A stretch of DNA of 47,175 nt from Deltaproteobacteria bacterium. GTDB taxonomy: Bacteria; Desulfobacterota; JADFXK01. The DNA is taken from the NCBI GenBank assembly GCA_015233055.1, contig JADFYN010000004.1, forward strand, positions 2,039-49,213, written 5' to 3'. Shown in pieces: positions 32,598 to 41,967 of this stretch. The first letter of the stretch is position 1. Each line of letters opens with the position of its first letter. Position numbers and translations under genes: made by a program. The notes under the pieces are model-generated. The model saw only the letters and a program-made list of their open reading frames with translations. It made no database searches and was not told where the DNA came from.

Positions 32598-32879
32598 GTG
32601 AACAAGATTATCATCTTAGAAATAATGGGCCTGGAGCTTCGGGTCAAGAGCGATGCGGACGATGATCGAAACAAGAAAATAGTTAACTATCTAAAGCGCA
32701 AAATAGAAGAAAGTATGATAGACAGTGGCTCCCGGCAGAATCTTAAGGCGGTTATCACAGCCGCGTTGAACATTGCCGGGGATTACTTTGAACTAAAAGA
32801 GGCCCATGACCGGCTGAATAAGGAGCTGGACAATCGTATTGATCACATGCTGAATCTGATTGATACGCATAATTATTAA
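32598..32879 (+). CDS. zapA: Cell division protein ZapA
   Basis: 93 aa. The N-terminal beta strand (ILEIMGLELRVKSD), the helix LKAVITAALNIAGDYFELKE and a C-terminal coiled coil are typical of ZapA. GTG start after GAGG. Confidence 0.75.
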   Translation: MNKIIILEIMGLELRVKSDADDDRNKKIVNYLKRKIEESMIDSGSRQNLKAVITAALNIAGDYFELKEAHDRLNKELDNRIDHMLNLIDTHNY

Positions 32880-32883
32880 ATAA

Positions 32884-33061
32884 TTCCCCTGCCTTGCTCG
32901 TGATTGGCGGAAACATTTTGAGCCAATAGTTTTGAGCCGGGGGCCTTCCCTGCTCTGGTGTGCATGACCTCATTGCGCAGGTAAGCCTGAAGGAGTAATT
33001 TGGGCCTCCACCTTTAAGGTAGGTTCAAGACGCGCCGTCTACACGGCTTGTGCGGGGGGAA
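32884..33061 (+). ncRNA. ssrS: 6S RNA candidate
   Basis: About 178 nt, directly 3' of zapA. A long imperfect terminal helix pairs 32884-32910 with 33035-33061, about 24 bp. An apical helix forms from CCUUC/GAAGG and CCUGC/GCAGG. The large central bubble has a 3' strand containing ACCUUUAAGGUAGGUUCAAG, which resembles the E. coli 6S ...CCUUGAACCAAGGGUUCAAGG element. Confidence 0.7.
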
Positions 33062-33585
33062 TAATTTGTAATATAACTGGGTAGAAGCACATCGGTTTGC
33101 CGTGATCCGACTCAGGCGGGAAAGTAAGACGGGCAAAGGGCGTATAAGATGCTCAGCCTAGGGCACGAAACACACATGATCTTTATCAGGTCTTGATATT
33201 TAAACCTTTAACATAATAGCGCCGGCTAATTAAGCTGCTGCCCCCGCGGGCGGCCGGTATCTGATAACTGTTTCTTGAATATAGAACTGGCACAATAATA
33301 ACTATCCCCATAGGTATTAGATTAAATAGGGTCGGTTATTTCAAGATAACAAGATCATCAAGTCTACCCCGTCCTGGTTTGGTTTGGAAGCGTGCCTGCC
33401 CGACCTTGCAGTCCCCCAGTTTGGTCATCGCCGAATGAGCATTCCCCAGTTTTGCTGACACTAATGTAACTAGATAATTACAGGCTGACTAGTCGCGCCC
33501 TGAAAGATGTCTTTTTATAGGGAACGAGACCCCTGCCTTTTTTCTAAAATGATCGGCCCGTAAAAAATTAGGGGAGGTGATTGTT

Positions 33586-35145
33586 TTGACAGCCACATCC
33601 ATTTTCATGGTCGGCGCCGCGCTGGTTGCCGGAATTTTTTTGGGTATCCTCATCCGGAAAAGAATGCTGGAATCCAATATAAAATCCGCTCAAACCCAAT
33701 CCGAACTGATTATCAGCGGGGCCCAAAAAGAAGCCGAAACAGTTCTTAAGGAAGCCAAGATTCAGGCCAAGGATTCCCTGTATCAGATGAAACAGGAGGT
33801 CGAACGCGAGACCAAAGAACGGCGTGCCGAACTGCAATCGCTGGAAAAGAGGTTGGTTCAAAAGGAAGATAACCTGGAGAAGAAGCTCTCTGTGGTCGAC
33901 TCTAGGGAAAGCGAACTGTCAAAAAGAGAAAATGAGATCGTCCAACGAGAGCATCAGGCTAAGGACTTGGAGCTAATGTACGAAGATCTCGTGGCCAAAC
34001 AAAAACAGCATCTGGAAAGACTTGCTGGAATTACATCAGAAGAAGCCCGGGATATGCTTATTCAGCAAATGGAGCAGGAAGCTCGTCACGAGGCGGCCAA
34101 AAAAATCAAGCGGATTGAGGCTGAAACAAAAGAAATATCCGACAAAAAGGCCAAAGAAATAATTGCCCTGGCCATTAAACGATATTCGGGCGATTATGTG
34201 GCCGAGAAAACTGTTTCGGTTGTTAACTTGCCCAGCGATGACATGAAGGGACGGATCATTGGCCGAGAAGGACGCAATATTCGTGCCATTGAAGCGGCCA
34301 CCGGGATTGATCTGATTATAGACGACACACCGGAGGCTGTCATTTTGTCCGGTTTTAATCCAATCAGACGTGAAATAGCAAAATTATCATTAGAAAGACT
34401 GATTAACGACGGGCGCATCCACCCGGCTCGGATAGAAGAAGTGGTAGAGAAGGTTACTCAGGAAATGGAGGTTTCATTAAGGGAAGCCGGAGAGCAGGCC
34501 ACCTTTGATGTCGGTGTTCACGGCATCCATCCCGAGTTGATAAAACTAATCGGCAAACTTAAATACCGAAGCAGCTACGGCCAAAATGTCTTGCAACACT
34601 CCATTGAAGTGGCTTTCTTGTGCGGCATCATGGCCTCAGAACTCAACCTCAATGCCAAGCAGGCCAAACGCGCCGGATTGCTTCATGACATTGGTAAGGC
34701 TGTTGATCATGAAGTCGAAGGCCCGCACGCTCTTATCGGGGCCGATTTGGCCAAAAAGTATAATGAATCCAATAAGGTCATCCATAGCATTGCCGCTCAC
34801 CACGAGGATGTTCCCCCAGAATCTGTTTTGGCCGTGCTGGTTCAAACGGCAGACACCTTGTCGGGCGCACGACCCGGAGCCCGCCGCGAGATGCTCGAGA
34901 CTTACATCAAGCGTCTGGAAGACTTAGAAAAAATAGCCAAATCATTCCCCGGTGTCGGCAAGACCTATGCCATTCAAGCCGGTCGGGAGCTTAGAATAAT
35001 TGTCTCCAGTGATGACATAAGCGACGAAGAATCTGTCCTGCTTTGCAGCGATGTGGCCCGTAAAATTGAGTCTGAACTTATATATCCCGGCCAAATAAGG
35101 GTCACCGTAATTCGTGAGACCAGAGCCGTAGATTATGCCCGTTAG
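33586..35145 (+). CDS. rny: Ribonuclease Y
   Basis: N-terminal TM, a long coiled coil, KH ([13 protein letters not shown]) and HD ([12 protein letters not shown]). The start is set at the TTG at 33586, 8 nt after GGGGAGG. The track GTG at 33577 overlaps the SD. Confidence 0.93.
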   Translation: MTATSIFMVGAALVAGIFLGILIRKRMLESNIKSAQTQSELIISGAQKEAETVLKEAKIQAKDSLYQMKQEVERETKERRAELQSLEKRLVQKEDNLEKKLSVVDSRESELSKRENEIVQREHQAKDLELMYEDLVAKQKQHLERLAGITSEEARDMLIQQMEQEARHEAAKKIKRIEAETKEISDKKAKEIIALAIKRYSGDYVAEKTVSVVNLPSDDMKGRIIGREGRNIRAIEAATGIDLIIDDTPEAVILSGFNPIRREIAKLSLERLINDGRIHPARIEEVVEKVTQEMEVSLREAGEQATFDVGVHGIHPELIKLIGKLKYRSSYGQNVLQHSIEVAFLCGIMASELNLNAKQAKRAGLLHDIGKAVDHEVEGPHALIGADLAKKYNESNKVIHSIAAHHEDVPPESVLAVLVQTADTLSGARPGARREMLETYIKRLEDLEKIAKSFPGVGKTYAIQAGRELRIIVSSDDISDEESVLLCSDVARKIESELIYPGQIRVTVIRETRAVDYAR

Positions 35146-35231
35146 CCCATGATTTGCCTTGATGGCTCTTTGGGTTTCATCCGGCGGCGATTAACCATTC
35201 ATAAATGATTAATGTGGATATCTCATAGGTT

Positions 35232-36584
35232 ATGACCAATTATAAAGTGATCATCATTGGAGCCGGCCCGGCTGGAATATTTGCTGCTTTGACCTTGATC
35301 GAGGCGGGTGTGCCCGACGTGGCTATTTTCGATCAAGGCAAGGACATTACAGACCGCCAGCGGCACGTTGGCCGTGATCTGCTCATGGGTTGGGGAGGGG
35401 CGGGGGCCTTCAGCGATGGGAAACTGACGATATCCTCTGAAGTCGGCGGGGCTCTAAATGAGTTTTTGCCCGGCCCTGAGTTGGAACGTTTACTCCTGGA
35501 AGCAGACGGAATCTATTGTAAATTCGGTGCCCCTGATCGAATGTTCGAGCTGAGTTCGGAAAAGGCTGAAGATTTGGCCAGGAAGGCCCGGTTGGCTGGA
35601 ATGTTTTATATTCCATCTCAAATACGGCATATCGGAACTGATAACTGCTTTGAAGTGCTGAAAAATATGAGGAGTCACCTGGATGCACGACTGTCGGTCC
35701 ATGTGACCAGCCAGGTCGAGAAAATCATCACCAAAGATGGCCGGGTGACCGGTGTCTCCTTAGCCGATGGACGTGAGTTTGGGGCAGAATATGTCATTTC
35801 CGCACCGGGCCGCTCCGGCGCCGACTGGATGCGGAAACAGGCCGGGCAGCTTAACTTGTCATCAGCAACCAATGCCGTGGATATCGGACTCAGAATTGAG
35901 ACCCCGGCGGTGCTCATGGAAAACTTAACAAATGAGGGCTATGAGTGCAAACTGGTTTTCCATTCGCCCAGCTTTGATGATAAAGTTCGTACGTTTTGCA
36001 TGAATCCTTACGGTGAGGTCGTCCGAGAGGAGTATGGAGACATCATTACGGTGAACGGCCACAGCTACGCCCAACGTAGGACCTCCAACACTAATTTTGC
36101 TCTGCTGGTGTCTAGTTATTTCACCCATCCGTTTCATGAGCCTATTGCTTATGGGCAGCACATTGCCAGATTGGCTAATATGCTGGGCAACGGGCCGATT
36201 GTCCAAAGACTTAGCGATTTGCAGGCTGGACGTCGGTCAACTCCTTCCCGGATCAGCCGTTGTATCACCCGCCCCACTTTGAGCTCCGCCACGCCCGGCG
36301 ACCTGTCTTTTGTGCTTCCTTATCGTTTTCTCAAGAGCATTCTGGAAATGCTGGAAGCGATGGAAGGGCTGACCCCCGGCATATTTTCTCATCCTACTTT
36401 GCTGTATGGTGTTGAAGTGAAGTTCTACTCCAATCGAATCAAGCTTTCCCCTTCTCTGGAATCTGAGGTCCGTAACCTTTTTGTCATTGGTGATGGGGCC
36501 GGTCTTACCCGTGGATTACTGCAGGCATCCGCCAGTGGGATATTGGCCGGCCGAGCCATACTTAATATGATATCGGATAATTGA
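35232..36584 (+). CDS. FAD-dependent oxidoreductase (COG2509-like, function unknown)
   Basis: The N-terminal dinucleotide fold VIIIGAGPAGIFAA and the C-terminal GDGAG motif. Confidence 0.8.
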   Translation: MTNYKVIIIGAGPAGIFAALTLIEAGVPDVAIFDQGKDITDRQRHVGRDLLMGWGGAGAFSDGKLTISSEVGGALNEFLPGPELERLLLEADGIYCKFGAPDRMFELSSEKAEDLARKARLAGMFYIPSQIRHIGTDNCFEVLKNMRSHLDARLSVHVTSQVEKIITKDGRVTGVSLADGREFGAEYVISAPGRSGADWMRKQAGQLNLSSATNAVDIGLRIETPAVLMENLTNEGYECKLVFHSPSFDDKVRTFCMNPYGEVVREEYGDIITVNGHSYAQRRTSNTNFALLVSSYFTHPFHEPIAYGQHIARLANMLGNGPIVQRLSDLQAGRRSTPSRISRCITRPTLSSATPGDLSFVLPYRFLKSILEMLEAMEGLTPGIFSHPTLLYGVEVKFYSNRIKLSPSLESEVRNLFVIGDGAGLTRGLLQASASGILAGRAILNMISDN

Positions 36585-36647
36585 GTTTGTCACAGACCGT
36601 GTTTCCTGGTTGTGTCTATAACTGACTGTACCAGCAAAGGAGGCGCC

Positions 36648-37058
36648 ATGGATTGTATTTTTTGCAAGCTCGTTAACGGTGAAATTCCCAGTACCAGAGT
36701 CTATGAGGATGAACGAACGATAGCCTTTATGGATATTGCCCCGATTATTGAAGGACATCTCCTGGTGATACCCAAGAGGCACTCCGAAAATATTTTTGAG
36801 ATAGATCCAGATGATCTGGCTGCAGTATTCAGCTCCGTGCACAAGGTGGCTGCGGCCATCAAGGCCGGCCTAAAACCTGATGGTTTGACCATTGTGCAAC
36901 TCAACGGGAAGGCGTCCTATCAAGTTGTCCCCCATTATCACGTCCATCTTATCCCCAGGAAAAATGAAGATGGATTGCGTTTGGGGGCCTGGCGGCCATT
37001 GACCGTTGATCGGGATGGGATTTCTGCGATCGCCGACAAGATCAGGACCAAAATCTGA
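36648..37058 (+). CDS. HIT-family (histidine triad) nucleotide hydrolase
   Basis: The CIFCKL zinc-like N-terminus and the HIT motif HYHVHLIP. The ATG at 36648 follows AAGGAGG. Confidence 0.88.
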   Translation: MDCIFCKLVNGEIPSTRVYEDERTIAFMDIAPIIEGHLLVIPKRHSENIFEIDPDDLAAVFSSVHKVAAAIKAGLKPDGLTIVQLNGKASYQVVPHYHVHLIPRKNEDGLRLGAWRPLTVDRDGISAIADKIRTKI

Positions 37059-37267
37059 TTAGAAGCGTTCGGCCATCTGCTTATCGTGCTCAGCCGAAAT
37101 AACACAACCAGCGGTAAATATTCTCGACACAACATCCGGTGCGGCAGAGGGTAGGGGTTTACTTGCTCTTCTTCGCCGCAGGCTGCCTGGTTACGAAAAA
37201 TTGTTCTCATTGCTTTGGTGAAGCAGCTTACCCAGTCGTCATGAGACTGCCCAGAGGACAAAAGGCC

Positions 37268-38044
37268 ATGTCAATCTTGGGATTTCTGAAACGCAGGGGC
37301 GAGAACAAATATATTGACAAAACGGAAATTCGTGATGTTTTGTCAACGCTTTTGACCAGTGTCCGAATGAAGTTTAAGAATACTGCCACACCCTCGCCGG
37401 AACCCACTGCCTTTATTGAGGGATTTGATAAGAATGACAGAGTGTTGTTGAAAACTGATTATCCCATGGTTCAAGGCACGGAAGTAGACATATCTTTTTT
37501 TCGGTTGGATCAGAGTGGCAAGATAGTTCCCAATGTATTGAGTCTGGTCATTGACGCTCATGAAGGTGAACTTTATTACGCTAAAATTGACGGCCCCCTT
37601 CGTTTAGGGGATATGAGGGCGGAGTACCGGTTGCCGGTCGGCGATAGCCAATACTATCGGGCCAGGGTTAGACTGCTGTTTGATGGCAAGCCATTGAAAC
37701 TTATCGATGTATCAGGCGGTGGGGCCTCTTTCGAGACGAAGACCCTTCTCATCGAAAAATCTGAAACGATGAAAGTCATCATGAGCATGTTAAACGAGGT
37801 TTTTAATCTGGACGCAACTGTTCTTCGGGCAGATTTATACCGAGGAGTTCGAACCGTTCACCTCAGGTTTGATCATAAACTGGCTAAAGTCAGGGATAAA
37901 ATTGACGGCCTCATTTTCGAGTTGCAACGCCAGAAATATGCAGAGGAAAAGGGATATAGCTCCACCACCGGAATATTGGAGACAAAAGACATCCACCAGC
38001 GACTTCCCACGTCGGAGGTGACGCCACCCGACATCGACAAATGA
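37268..38044 (+). CDS. YcgR-like PilZ-domain c-di-GMP receptor
   Basis: PilZ signature RAEYR (RxxxR) and DVSGGG (DxSxxG), preceded by a PilZN-like domain of about 110 aa. The internal ATG at 37268 was chosen because the upstream 43 codons look non-coding. Confidence 0.78.
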   Translation: MSILGFLKRRGENKYIDKTEIRDVLSTLLTSVRMKFKNTATPSPEPTAFIEGFDKNDRVLLKTDYPMVQGTEVDISFFRLDQSGKIVPNVLSLVIDAHEGELYYAKIDGPLRLGDMRAEYRLPVGDSQYYRARVRLLFDGKPLKLIDVSGGGASFETKTLLIEKSETMKVIMSMLNEVFNLDATVLRADLYRGVRTVHLRFDHKLAKVRDKIDGLIFELQRQKYAEEKGYSSTTGILETKDIHQRLPTSEVTPPDIDK

Positions 38045-38101
38045 GAATGGTTGGGCTTAGCGTCCATAACCATGAAGAAGCTTCATTGGGATTTCATGTC
38101 T

Positions 38102-39247
38102 ATGCGGGTTTTGCACATTTATAAAGACTACTTTCCGGTGGTGGGCGGCATTGAAAATCACTTGCGCCAACTGGCCGAGGGGCTGGTCAGGCGAGGGATA
38201 GAAACAACTGTTCTGGTGACTTCCACTGGCCTGTTCACTGAACGGTTCAAGTTAAATGGGGTGAACATTATTAAGGCCGGCCGTCTGATTTCATTGGCCT
38301 CGACCCCAGTCAGTTTAGCCCTGCCGTTCATCTTGAAGAACCTCACCGTGGATTTGGTTCATCTGCATTTTCCCTATCCAGTGGGTGAAATCTCTCGTTG
38401 GCTTCTGAAGTCGGGCATTCCGGCGGTGATGACCTATCACAGCGATGTGGTCAGGCAAAAGCGCATTCTTAAAGTTTACCACAAGCTGCTTCTGAAGAAT
38501 CTTTTCGATATGACGGCCGTAGTGGCCACTTCCCACCGTTACGTTCAAACCTCCCCGTATCTTCGGCTGGTTAAAGACAGAGTCAAAGTTATTCCACTGG
38601 GTATCGACCCTTCCCGTTTTCAGCCGGTGCCATCCGACCTGATCAATACAATCAGAGGCGAGGGAAGGTTGCCGCTAATTTTGTTTGTCGGTAAATTGAG
38701 ATACTACAAAGGAATTTCGGTTTTGCTTCGGGCAATGGTGAGATCTTCCGGGCGGTTGATCATGGTTGGAGAAGGGCCCATGGAAGAAAGCATTCACGCC
38801 GACATTGCCGCCTTGGGACTGTCGGATCGGGTCAGCCTGGTCGGGCAGATTCATGACGACCTGCTTCGTGTCTATTTCCACGCTTGTGATATGTTTGTAC
38901 TTCCTTCTGTCCTGCGGAGTGAAGCCTTTGGTCTGGTCCTCTTGGAGGCGATGGCTTGTGGAAAACCTGTCATCAGCACTGAGCTGGATACCGGTACCTC
39001 TGAAGTTAACCTTCATAATATTACCGGGTTGGTGGTTCCTCCCAACGACCCGAAAAGCTTGAGTGCGGCCATAAACCACCTGGCCGGCCATGACAATTTG
39101 AGGGAACGTTTAGGCCAGGCCGGCAAACAGCGAGTCTTGGGGAACTATACTTCTGACCGGATGATTGACCGGACGGTTGCGCTGTATCAAAAGGTGACTC
39201 AAAGTCAGGCCAACTCCCCGAATAAAAGAATATTGTCAGACCCATGA
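38102..39247 (+). CDS. Family 4 (GT-B) glycosyltransferase
   Basis: MRVLHIYKDYFPVVGGIENH N-terminus and the E-x7-E motif EAFGLVLLEAMACGKPVISTE. The start is uncertain (38051, 38072 or 38102). Confidence 0.88.
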   Translation: MRVLHIYKDYFPVVGGIENHLRQLAEGLVRRGIETTVLVTSTGLFTERFKLNGVNIIKAGRLISLASTPVSLALPFILKNLTVDLVHLHFPYPVGEISRWLLKSGIPAVMTYHSDVVRQKRILKVYHKLLLKNLFDMTAVVATSHRYVQTSPYLRLVKDRVKVIPLGIDPSRFQPVPSDLINTIRGEGRLPLILFVGKLRYYKGISVLLRAMVRSSGRLIMVGEGPMEESIHADIAALGLSDRVSLVGQIHDDLLRVYFHACDMFVLPSVLRSEAFGLVLLEAMACGKPVISTELDTGTSEVNLHNITGLVVPPNDPKSLSAAINHLAGHDNLRERLGQAGKQRVLGNYTSDRMIDRTVALYQKVTQSQANSPNKRILSDP

Positions 39248-39278
39248 ACTAACCGGGACGTCATTCGAGATATTTTTC

Positions 39279-39307
39279 TTGACCATAGCAGGGTCTTGCA
39301 TTATATT
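39279..39307 (+). promoter_or_regulatory. Near-consensus sigma70 promoter (TTGACC-17-TATATT)
   Basis: The hexamers and 17-nt spacer were read directly. It lies about 175 nt upstream of the DHH gene. Confidence 0.6.
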
Positions 39308-39482
39308 CTAGAGATTAATCGGACCTTGGTCCTGGTGATATTAGATCATGACATATCCAGTTTACCGGTGTTGACCGTATGTGATCATAATTTGCCTTGA
39401 CGGTGGGAGGAATCAATCCAGACCGTCTGAGATGCTTAAAGTAACGCCCGGGACAAACCCGCTTTATAAGGAGATCTAATTA

Positions 39483-40400
39483 ATGAGACTGGTCACCAGA
39501 TCGGATTTTGATGGGATGGTCTGCGCTGTGTTGCTTAAAGAGATCGGATTGCTAGACGAATATAAGTTTGTTCATCCTAAGGATGTTCAGGATGGCCTGG
39601 TGGTCGCGACTAACAATGATGTGCTGGCAAATATTCCATATGTGGCGGGTTGCGGGTTGTGGTTCGATCATCATTCCAGTGAAAAGGAAAGATTTGGTTT
39701 TGATTTTGAGTACCAGGGTCTGTCCAAGCCCGCTCCAAGTTGTGCCCGGGTGATCTGGGAGTATTATGGCGGCCACAAGTCCTTTTCCGAGAAGCTTGAC
39801 CCATTGCTGGTCGCAGTTGATAAAAGCGACAGCGGTAATCTTACGGCAGACGAGATTATCAACCCTAAAGGGTGGATTTTATTAAGCTTTATAATGGATC
39901 CGCGGACAGGTCTCGGGCGCTATAAAGACTATCGTGTCGGCAATTACCGGTTAATGGAAGATATGATTTCCTACTGCCGCACTAAATCGCCGGAAGAAAT
40001 TCTAGAAATTCCCGATGTCAAGGAACGGGTTACCCGATACTTTCAGCAAGACAAATTGTTTCGGGAAATGTTGCAGAAAAACTCGAAAACCTACGGCAAC
40101 GTGTTGGTCCTGGATTTGAGAGACCAGGAGGAGATTTACACCGGTAACAGGTTCACTGTTTACACGATGTTTCCTCAAAGCAACATAAGCATTCAGGTGA
40201 TGTGGGGATTTCGCCGGCAAAATATCGTTTTCGCCTGTGGTTACAGCATCATTAACCGCACATCCAACACCGATGTGGGCAGCTTGATGCTGAAATACGG
40301 TGGTGGTGGACACAAGCAAGTGGGTACTTGCCAGGTTGCCCCGGACGATGCCGAGAGAGTTCTCCAGGAACTCATTGACCAGATGAATGCTGACGGGTAA
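39483..40400 (+). CDS. DHH/DHHA1-family phosphoesterase (NrnA/pGpG-phosphodiesterase-like)
   Basis: Motif I SDFDG, motif III FDHH, and the DHHA1 GGGH motif (KYGGGGHKQVG). AAGGAG RBS. Confidence 0.82.
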   Translation: MRLVTRSDFDGMVCAVLLKEIGLLDEYKFVHPKDVQDGLVVATNNDVLANIPYVAGCGLWFDHHSSEKERFGFDFEYQGLSKPAPSCARVIWEYYGGHKSFSEKLDPLLVAVDKSDSGNLTADEIINPKGWILLSFIMDPRTGLGRYKDYRVGNYRLMEDMISYCRTKSPEEILEIPDVKERVTRYFQQDKLFREMLQKNSKTYGNVLVLDLRDQEEIYTGNRFTVYTMFPQSNISIQVMWGFRRQNIVFACGYSIINRTSNTDVGSLMLKYGGGGHKQVGTCQVAPDDAERVLQELIDQMNADG

Positions 40401-40437
40401 GATTAGGCGCGGCTGCAAAAGTTACGGCAAGAAAACA

Positions 40438-40460
40438 AAAACCCCAGAGATTGGGGTTTT
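40438..40460. terminator. Bidirectional rho-independent terminator between convergent genes
   Basis: AAAACCCCA-gagat-TGGGGTTTT is a perfect 9-bp stem, with an A-run on the left and a T-run on the right. Confidence 0.85.
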
Positions 40461-40520
40461 GCCATTTGCGTTGCGCCATTTGGGAGTTATTGTCCGGCCT
40501 TTGGAAGTGCCTTGAGTAAG

Positions 40521-41033
40521 CTAGGCCGCACCACCCATCGCGACCATGTCTTCCTCCTTTAACACCTTGTCGATTTCTAAGAGTATTTTTACCCCACCCT
40601 CAGTTTTGGCCATTCCTAAAATATAATCTGTATTTAATTTGGCACCGAAGGTCGGGGTATCTTCGATTTCGGATCCTTTTATGTTGATCACTTCAGAAAC
40701 TGAATCTACCACAATGCCCATGATAATCGCGCCAGATTCCATTTTGACTTCCACCACAATAATGCATGTTCGGTCAGTATAGTCGATGGGGTCCATGCCG
40801 AATTTTAGCCTGAGATCAATAACCGGGATGACCTTTCCGCGCAGGTTGATCACGCCCTTAACAAAGCCGGGTGTCTGGGGTACGGTAGTGATGGGCATCA
40901 TTCCGATGATTTCTTTGACTTTCAATATGCCGATCCCATATTCTTCGTTGGCCAGGCTAAAGGTAAGATACTTCCCTTCTCGAACGGCGGTTTCGCCGGC
41001 TACCTGACTTTCCTTGTGAGCAGCTTTGGACAT
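40521..41033 (-). CDS. cheW: CheW-like coupling protein (second copy)
   Basis: YLTFSLANEEYGIGILKVKEI...INLRGKVIPVIDLR. AGGAG lies 9 nt before the ATG. Confidence 0.9.
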   Translation of the reverse strand: MSKAAHKESQVAGETAVREGKYLTFSLANEEYGIGILKVKEIIGMMPITTVPQTPGFVKGVINLRGKVIPVIDLRLKFGMDPIDYTDRTCIIVVEVKMESGAIIMGIVVDSVSEVINIKGSEIEDTPTFGAKLNTDYILGMAKTEGGVKILLEIDKVLKEEDMVAMGGAA

Positions 41034-41179
41034 GATAATTCACTCCTGTATTCGTTTAGGGTTATGGCCATAATATTGTTTGAATACTTCAGTGGTTCCG
41101 GTTCAGCCAGGTAGTCGATCCGACTGTTAGGTCTAGTCAATTACGGAATTGAATATTGCCGGAATAAACATGCCGGGTA

Positions 41180-41563
41180 CTAATCCTCCAGCATTTCTTC
41201 GATCATTTTACCAATTCTCTCCAGTTGGATCGGTTTTTCGATAAGGCGATCTATGTCCGTCCCCGTTAAGTCATAATTAAGATAACCTGTCATAAGGATA
41301 ATCTTTATCCCCGGGTAATGCGACTTGAGGACACTAACCGCCGTCAATCCATCCACCACAGGCATTCTGATATCCAGCAAGGCTAATTCTATAAGGGTGC
41401 CTTGACGGTTGATGATGTCCAGAACCTCACGCCCGTTAAATGCCACCAACACATTGAAGCCTAATTCACTGAGGTACTCTTTGACCATTTCAACTATTAT
41501 TTTTTCGTCGTCTGCGACTAAGATGGTTTTTACTTTTGGTGATACCGGTGATAAATCTCCCAT
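41180..41563 (-). CDS. Single-domain response regulator (CheY-like receiver)
   Basis: LVADDE, LLDIRMPVVDG, ILMTGY and EKP. The ATG at 41563 is preceded by GGGAG with a 9-nt spacing. The track start at 41581 is a TTG. Confidence 0.88.
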   Translation of the reverse strand: MGDLSPVSPKVKTILVADDEKIIVEMVKEYLSELGFNVLVAFNGREVLDIINRQGTLIELALLDIRMPVVDGLTAVSVLKSHYPGIKIILMTGYLNYDLTGTDIDRLIEKPIQLERIGKMIEEMLED

Positions 41564-41872
41564 CGAATAGTACTCCCGCAATTCTTTTCCAGCACCGCCT
41601 GAACGCCCGCGGAGCCGGATGTGGTTTTATATTTTGAACGGGTATAATCGACGCTTTTTAAGGCATATGTCGTTGCCGGATTAAATCCGTCCCATGTGGC
41701 GACTGGCTGAGCCTGGGGTTGGGGGCGAAAAAGGACACTTGTGACCGTTCGAAATATAGTATCCTGGTGGATTTTGATAAATATGTCAGAATAAAACATA
41801 TTATAAAATACAATTTTGCCTTGAGCCGGAAGTTTCGGCCGGGTTGCGGATGGAACTAGTTAATGCCCCCGT

Positions 41873-41901
41873 ATTATAGCCGCGAACAGAACGATTTGCA
41901 A
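41873..41901 (-). promoter_or_regulatory. Near-consensus sigma70 promoter on the minus strand (TTGCAA-17-TATAAT)
   Basis: The reverse complement was read directly. The -35 is at 41901-41896 and the -10 at 41878-41873. It lies about 300 nt upstream of the receiver gene. Confidence 0.55.
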
Positions 41902-41967
41902 GTTTGATTCGGAGACGAACCAGGTAATTTGCCGCCGGTTTCCGGGTGACGGAACTTCCTGACCGGG

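Noticed and set aside
33288-33303. A TGGCAC motif suggesting a sigma54 promoter upstream of rny.
   Set aside because: The -12 element is TAAC rather than TTGC at the required spacing. No enhancer-binding-protein gene is nearby.
39315-41700. TTAATC hexamers near several promoters, as a general regulatory motif.
   Set aside because: A hexamer is expected about 20 times in a window of this size. Only the full 9-mer at matched positions was kept (see the finding).
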